From contig OZ024740.1 in NCBI GenBank assembly GCA_964016885.1, positions 128,836,001-128,900,000 on the forward strand: a stretch of 64,000 nucleotides of DNA, in the 5' to 3' direction. Under the pieces are notes generated by a model, which saw nothing but the letters and a program-made list of their open reading frames with translations, did no database searches and was not told where the DNA came from. The DNA comes from Eledone cirrhosa. Lineage: Eukaryota. A program made the translations under genes and the position numbers. Below, one piece after another: positions 58,667 to 64,000 of this stretch; the stretch's first letter is position 1; each line of letters starts with the position of its first letter.

Positions 58667-60200
58667 GACTTATTTGTGTTTACAACAAATTTTAACCAAT
58701 CCTCTTGACAACTACAATCTTGCCATATAAGGAAGTACCCCCTTGACAAGTTCGGCTATTTATTCACCAGGCTAAAAGTTCTAATTTAGTCCAGAAATAG
58801 CCGTCGAAACGGCTTGAGGTCTGCCGTCGGGGTCATACTTTTTCCTATATATATATATATATATATATAAACACACACTCACACACACAGACACACACAC
58901 ACACACACATTTATATATATATATATATATAACAACACAAAAACAAAACCACATAAGAATTATTTCACGATATACAGACAGATGCTCAAATTGGATCAGT
59001 AGGAATAGTAACTTCTTCAGTGTAATTTTAATACAACAACATTGCACTTATCCTCAATAGAGAGTGTGGTGGTGCTCATTTCTACAGTGAAAGCTGGTAA
59101 TTGAGAAATATATTAATGACAAATATATTTACAATATGAGTATTGTTGAAATTGTCGACTATGCTAATATGTTACGCTGTTGAAGATACAATTCGTAGGC
59201 CGTGTCTGAGGAAATTCACCGATAAGAATAAACACCATATCTTATTCTAAAATGAAATTGTTTGGAATTTACACGAAATGTCCGTGATGCAATTGTTTTC
59301 ACGAGGCGTTTCTATTTTTTTCTTCACACTTAATCTTTTTTTTTTTTATTTTTCTCCCTTGTATTACTTTTTGTCTAATCAGCAATGATGGCTAGAGGTG
59401 GATTTATAATTACAAAATAAACACATTCCCGCTGGTTTTGTAGAAACAAATGCAGATATCAGATATATCACATATATGACACGATAATATTAATTAATAT
59501 TATAGCCTCAGTCTAAATAGAAAATGCGAACTCAACATATTTTTTACATAGCAAGATATATTTAATTATTCTTATCAGAACCATACCGTTGAGCTGATAG
59601 GAAAAAAAACAAAAAAACAATCTGGATATCGTTAATAGTTATTAATAATTTTGGGCGAGAATCGCAAGTTACAAGATGAATTTAACAGATATTTTTCAAT
59701 ATGACGTAATGCTTAGGAAATATAACCTAATAATTGTTTCTACTTTTGGCACAAGCCACCAATTACCCAGTGTATTACTGGTACTTTATTTTATCGACCC
59801 CGTATGGATGAAAGGCAAAGTTAACCTCGGCGGGATTTGAACTCAGAATGGCAAGGGCCGTAACTCTATAGGTCAAAGCATGGCGTCCGACCCTCTACCG
59901 ATACTGCCAATCCACCGCCCTAATATAACCTAATATAACCTAATAAGATGGAAGTGATATTGAGGTAAATACAAGTTGCATGCTGTCTGATAGAAGAAAT
60001 TGTCCAAGTATCATAGGAGTTATGGCTTTTTTAAAAATAGAAACTTAGACACATATACACGCTTAATAACTACGTTCAACAAACAATAACAGAACAGGTA
60101 TATGTGCATATATATATATATACATACATTCACGCATATATACACATATATATATAATTATATATATATGTGTGTGTGTGTGTGTCTGTGTGCATATCTG

Positions 60201-60231
<31 letters not shown>

Positions 60232-60235
60232 ATGC

Positions 60236-60276
<41 letters not shown>

Positions 60277-60550
60277 CAGAATAGTCTCTTACAATAAAAT
60301 AAACCTGTGTGCTATTTTTAGTAACGTAAGTTCAGATACCATGTGCGCTATTATATATAGCACACTATTCAGTTCCTTAATATACTTAGAAGTGTCTAGG
60401 ATACTAATTATTCACCGACTGATGAACAAGAAGAGGCATTCCTATTCACAATTAATTTTGCGAAACACCAGTACCAAAACTGCCTGGGTGATTGGTGGTT
60501 ACGACAATTCCGGTTTGTATTTATTTTCTTGATTTATTCCTAAATGGAGT

Positions 60551-60643
60551 CAGGCAAACCCTATTGTCTATAGTTAGTATTCAGGCAAAACCTATTGCCA
60601 ATAGTTAGTATTCAGGCAAACCCTATTGCCTATAGTTAATATT
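60551..60643. repeat. Minisatellite, 3 x 31 bp
   Basis: CAGGCAAACCCTATTGCCTATAGTTAGTATT repeated three times with 1-2 changes. Confidence 0.9.
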
Positions 60644-60751
60644 CTTTTCACCTTAGCGAATCTGGTCCCTTGCGATTTGAACACATATATGTATATATCT
60701 GTGTTCGTCTTTCTTTTATATTCAATTATAATATATTTACACATATATATT

Positions 60752-60911
<160 letters not shown>

Positions 60912-60920
60912 CATACATAC

Positions 60921-61016
<96 letters not shown>

Positions 61017-61774
61017 AATTTGCGTTTAATTGCCGATATTATTTTTTTCGCTCTAGCAAAGGCTTTTGACCCTGTCAATCACGATAGTTTCTGATCGCCA
61101 GTCGTGATACAACATCGAACCCGGCTGCATATGTTAATCCCCTTCATGAAAATAATGAATAGATGTGACAGTACTCACCGTTGGGGAGTCCGACATCCAC
61201 ATTGGATGGTTTTGAAATAGTAACATTTATTCGAACTCATATACGCGGGATTTCATATAGATTCATCGGTTAACTAGTAGCTGATCATCGATCCCATGAC
61301 CCTCCAGAACTGTCCACAGCACGTCCTCTGTAACGCGGTCATATGCCATTTTCTAGGTGTCGGAAGCAGGAAGACGCCTATTGGGAGTACTGCCGCTATT
61401 TCTCGCGGACCAGCCGCAGTGTGAATGTTTGAAGCTATACTGCCTCGAGGCGAAAACCAAGCTACTCATCAGCTAGCTTGGACTCGACTATATCACTACA
61501 TCTTTTGGCCAGACACTAAGTATATTCTTTACCGAGGAAAATTAACGTGGACATCTATCTATAGTTGGAGCCATCTAACTCATCCGCTTCTGAAAATTGT
61601 GATTATCATTCTCAGTCGCCATAGTTTAGGGGTCTTTCTAGAGACCCAGGTTACAAGGCACCCACGCCGCAGCCAGGGAACATATTCTTTCTTCAAGCCT
61701 TTAACATCCCGGGCTGAATGTTATTCTCCCCAGGGCCATTGCCACATTCAAACTGGAAGAGATAAGTCATGCCA

Positions 61775-61854
<80 letters not shown>

Positions 61855-61857
<3 letters not shown>

Positions 61858-62007
61858 ATGGAAAAAATGAAATGAAATTTCATTTCGTATTCATACTTAT
61901 ATATATACGTATACATACTTATATATATATATATATATATATATATAAGTATGTATACGTATATATATAAGTATGAATACGAAATGAAATTTCATTTCAT
62001 TTTTTCC

Positions 62008-62013
<6 letters not shown>
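61855..62013. repeat. Perfect palindrome built from a family J-like terminus around a (TA)n centre
   Basis: AAATGGAAAAAATGAAATGAAATTTCATTTCGTATTCATAC...GTATGAATACGAAATGAAATTTCATTTCATTTTTTCCATTT. Confidence 0.9.
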
Positions 62014-62094
<81 letters not shown>

Positions 62095-62515
62095 ATATTA
62101 AAGTTACTATTTATAGTCATGTATGTATATACTATAAACAACTATAAACAGGCAAGGTCAGTAATTTATTACTACCTTATTGCCAGTAAGAGAAATAGCT
62201 CAATGTAAGAACATCAGTTGTTTTACAGAGCAGTAATATAGATTACACAAGTATCAAAGTTATGTTTAAAATATTTAATCGCTGACAATTGTTTCTGCCA
62301 AACTTAGGCTTGGTTTGGAAGAAAAAATTATAAAAGTATAAAACTATAAGAAAAAATTATAAAAGTATAAAACAAGCACTTTGATACTTGTGTATTCTAT
62401 ATATATATATATATTTGGAAAAAATGAAACGAAATTTCATTTCTCACTCTTAGTACGACTGTTACTTAAATATAAGTATGTATACGTACATACATATATG
62501 TATACAGACGTACAG

Positions 62516-62579
<64 letters not shown>

Positions 62580-62722
62580 GCACACATATATATATATATG
62601 TACGTTTTGGGTTTACCGAACATTTATTATAATGCTCAGTTTGTTTGTAAACAAACAGTCCAAATTAAGCCCTACAGTGTTTAGTAACCATCGTTGCCCT
62701 TTTGTTCAACACTGACAAAGGA

Positions 62723-62765
62723 ACGATGTACTAGTTTCAAGCTTATTAGCTATCGTCAGCATCGT
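62723..62765 (-). ncRNA. Minimal hammerhead ribozyme, family J
   Basis: Reverse complement ACGATG CTGACGA T AGCT AATA AGCT T GAAA C TA G TA CATCGT. Confidence 0.85.
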
Positions 62766-63120
62766 ACACCTTCCTGCCAGATGATTAAACGTTTGAAAGT
62801 ATATACTTTCCTTATGCATATTAACGGCTGAGCAGCCTAATTTGTACATACGTACATACATATATATATGTGCATGTATGTATATATATACATACTACTG
62901 TACGTCTGTATACATATATGTATGTACGTATACATACTTATATTTAAGTAACAGCCGTACTAAGAGTGAGAAATGAAATTTCGTTCCATTTTTTCCATTT
63001 ATAGTTTTCGGTGCGCCCGGCCGACTAACTCTCTCGATATGCAAATTAGGTTGCTCAGCCGGTAATATGAATAAGGAAAGTATATACTTTCAGACGTTCA
63101 ATCATCTGGCAGGAGGGTAT

Positions 63121-63163
63121 ACGATGCTGATGATAGCTAATAAGCTTGAAACTAGTACATCGT
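63121..63163 (+). ncRNA. Minimal hammerhead ribozyme, family J
   Basis: ACGATG CTGATGA T AGCT AATA AGCT T GAAA C TA G TA CATCGT; palindromic ACTAGT stem III; predicted cleavage after 63157. Confidence 0.88.
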
Positions 63164-64000
63164 TCCTTTGTCAGTGTTGAACAAAAGGGAAACGATGGTT
63201 GCTAAACACAGTATGGCTTAATTCTGGCTGTTTGTTTACAAACATACAGAGCATTATATAAATGATCCGTAAACCCATACGTTCATATATATATATATAT
63301 GTGTGCATGTATGTATATATTTATATATACATACTACTGTACGTCTGTATACATATATATATGTACGTATACATACTTATATATATAGCTTATTCAATTT
63401 TACAGTTTGACTCAACGCCAGAGTGTGTTCCACGTGAAATGTCAGGCATGGCTTAACTACACTATCATGTGAATTCTCGCGTCACTGAAAGTTGAGGATT
63501 TATACCTCACAGCCTTGTGCACTTCAACGTGATGTACGGATACCACACTCAGAGCAGAATTATAGAAATTGGTGCAACGGACCAGGTATCTGCAAGTTCC
63601 TAAATACACGAAGTCGTTTCCCTCACGGATTGATTTATAAGTGTACACTAATTGTTTGGGTTTGTATTTTAATAATACATAATTAATTGAATTATTGAGG
63701 GAGTAAGAAAACAACCGATCCTATGTCCATTCTATGGGATAAGCTTCGTTTCATAATTATTTTTAACACACAGTGGAGGGAAAGTGCGAGTGAGTGACTG
63801 CAAATATTTGTGTTTAAGAGCACACAGATACTGACTATGTGCGGGTTTCTCAGTGAAATTAAAATTGTTTTAATTGACATAAATCCTATATCAAGCTTTA
63901 CAACCTTCATTTATTATTTACTGAATATTGAAATTTTGCAGGTATTTCATTTTTACCAGACATAAATAAATCAATATAAATGTTATAACTATCAAATATG

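Larger units (their letters stand above)
62417..63385. mobile_element. Family J cluster: antisense copy (62417-62845), sense tail (62845-62998) and sense copy (63003-63385)
   Basis: Mutually inverted segments; same terminus GGAAAAAATGAAACGAAATTTCATTTC as 21840 and 41625. Confidence 0.88.

Noticed and set aside
60551-60643. 31-bp repeats as a CRISPR array
   Set aside because: They are head-to-tail with no spacers, in a eukaryotic context
61035-61090. [15 protein letters not shown], an RT-like motif
   Set aside because: Probably a tiny LINE relic, but there is no supporting flanking motif; ORF 61425-61970 has no recognisable domain

Overview
AT-rich, microsatellite-saturated animal DNA. The repeat content suggests an octopus or other cephalopod, but this is inferred, not proven. 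The only host coding sequence I can support is one 205-bp minus-strand exon (32237-32441) for an Ig V-set domain of the lachesin/DIP/IgLON type, so most of the window is probably intron or flank. The rest is largely mobile DNA: Naiad-type Penelope-like elements (RT + GIY-YIG), a near full-length L1/Tx1 LINE, two R4/Dong-type RLE retrotransposon fragments, RTE fragments, a Helitron remnant, a deleted Tc1/mariner element, two tRNA-derived SINE families, fold-back elements and a 1.8-kb tandem duplication. The main hidden signal is about ten unrelated short repeat families that sit in (TA)n tracts and each carry a type I hammerhead ribozyme motif (intact, variant or decayed). These include a family-wide non-canonical CAGAAGA core, ribozymes paired with their own antisense copy, a ribozyme in the loop of a ~290-bp hairpin, and a palindrome whose fold-back point coincides with the predicted cleavage site. 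All structures were read by eye; no folding, alignment or database search was run. Coordinates of decayed repeats are approximate.
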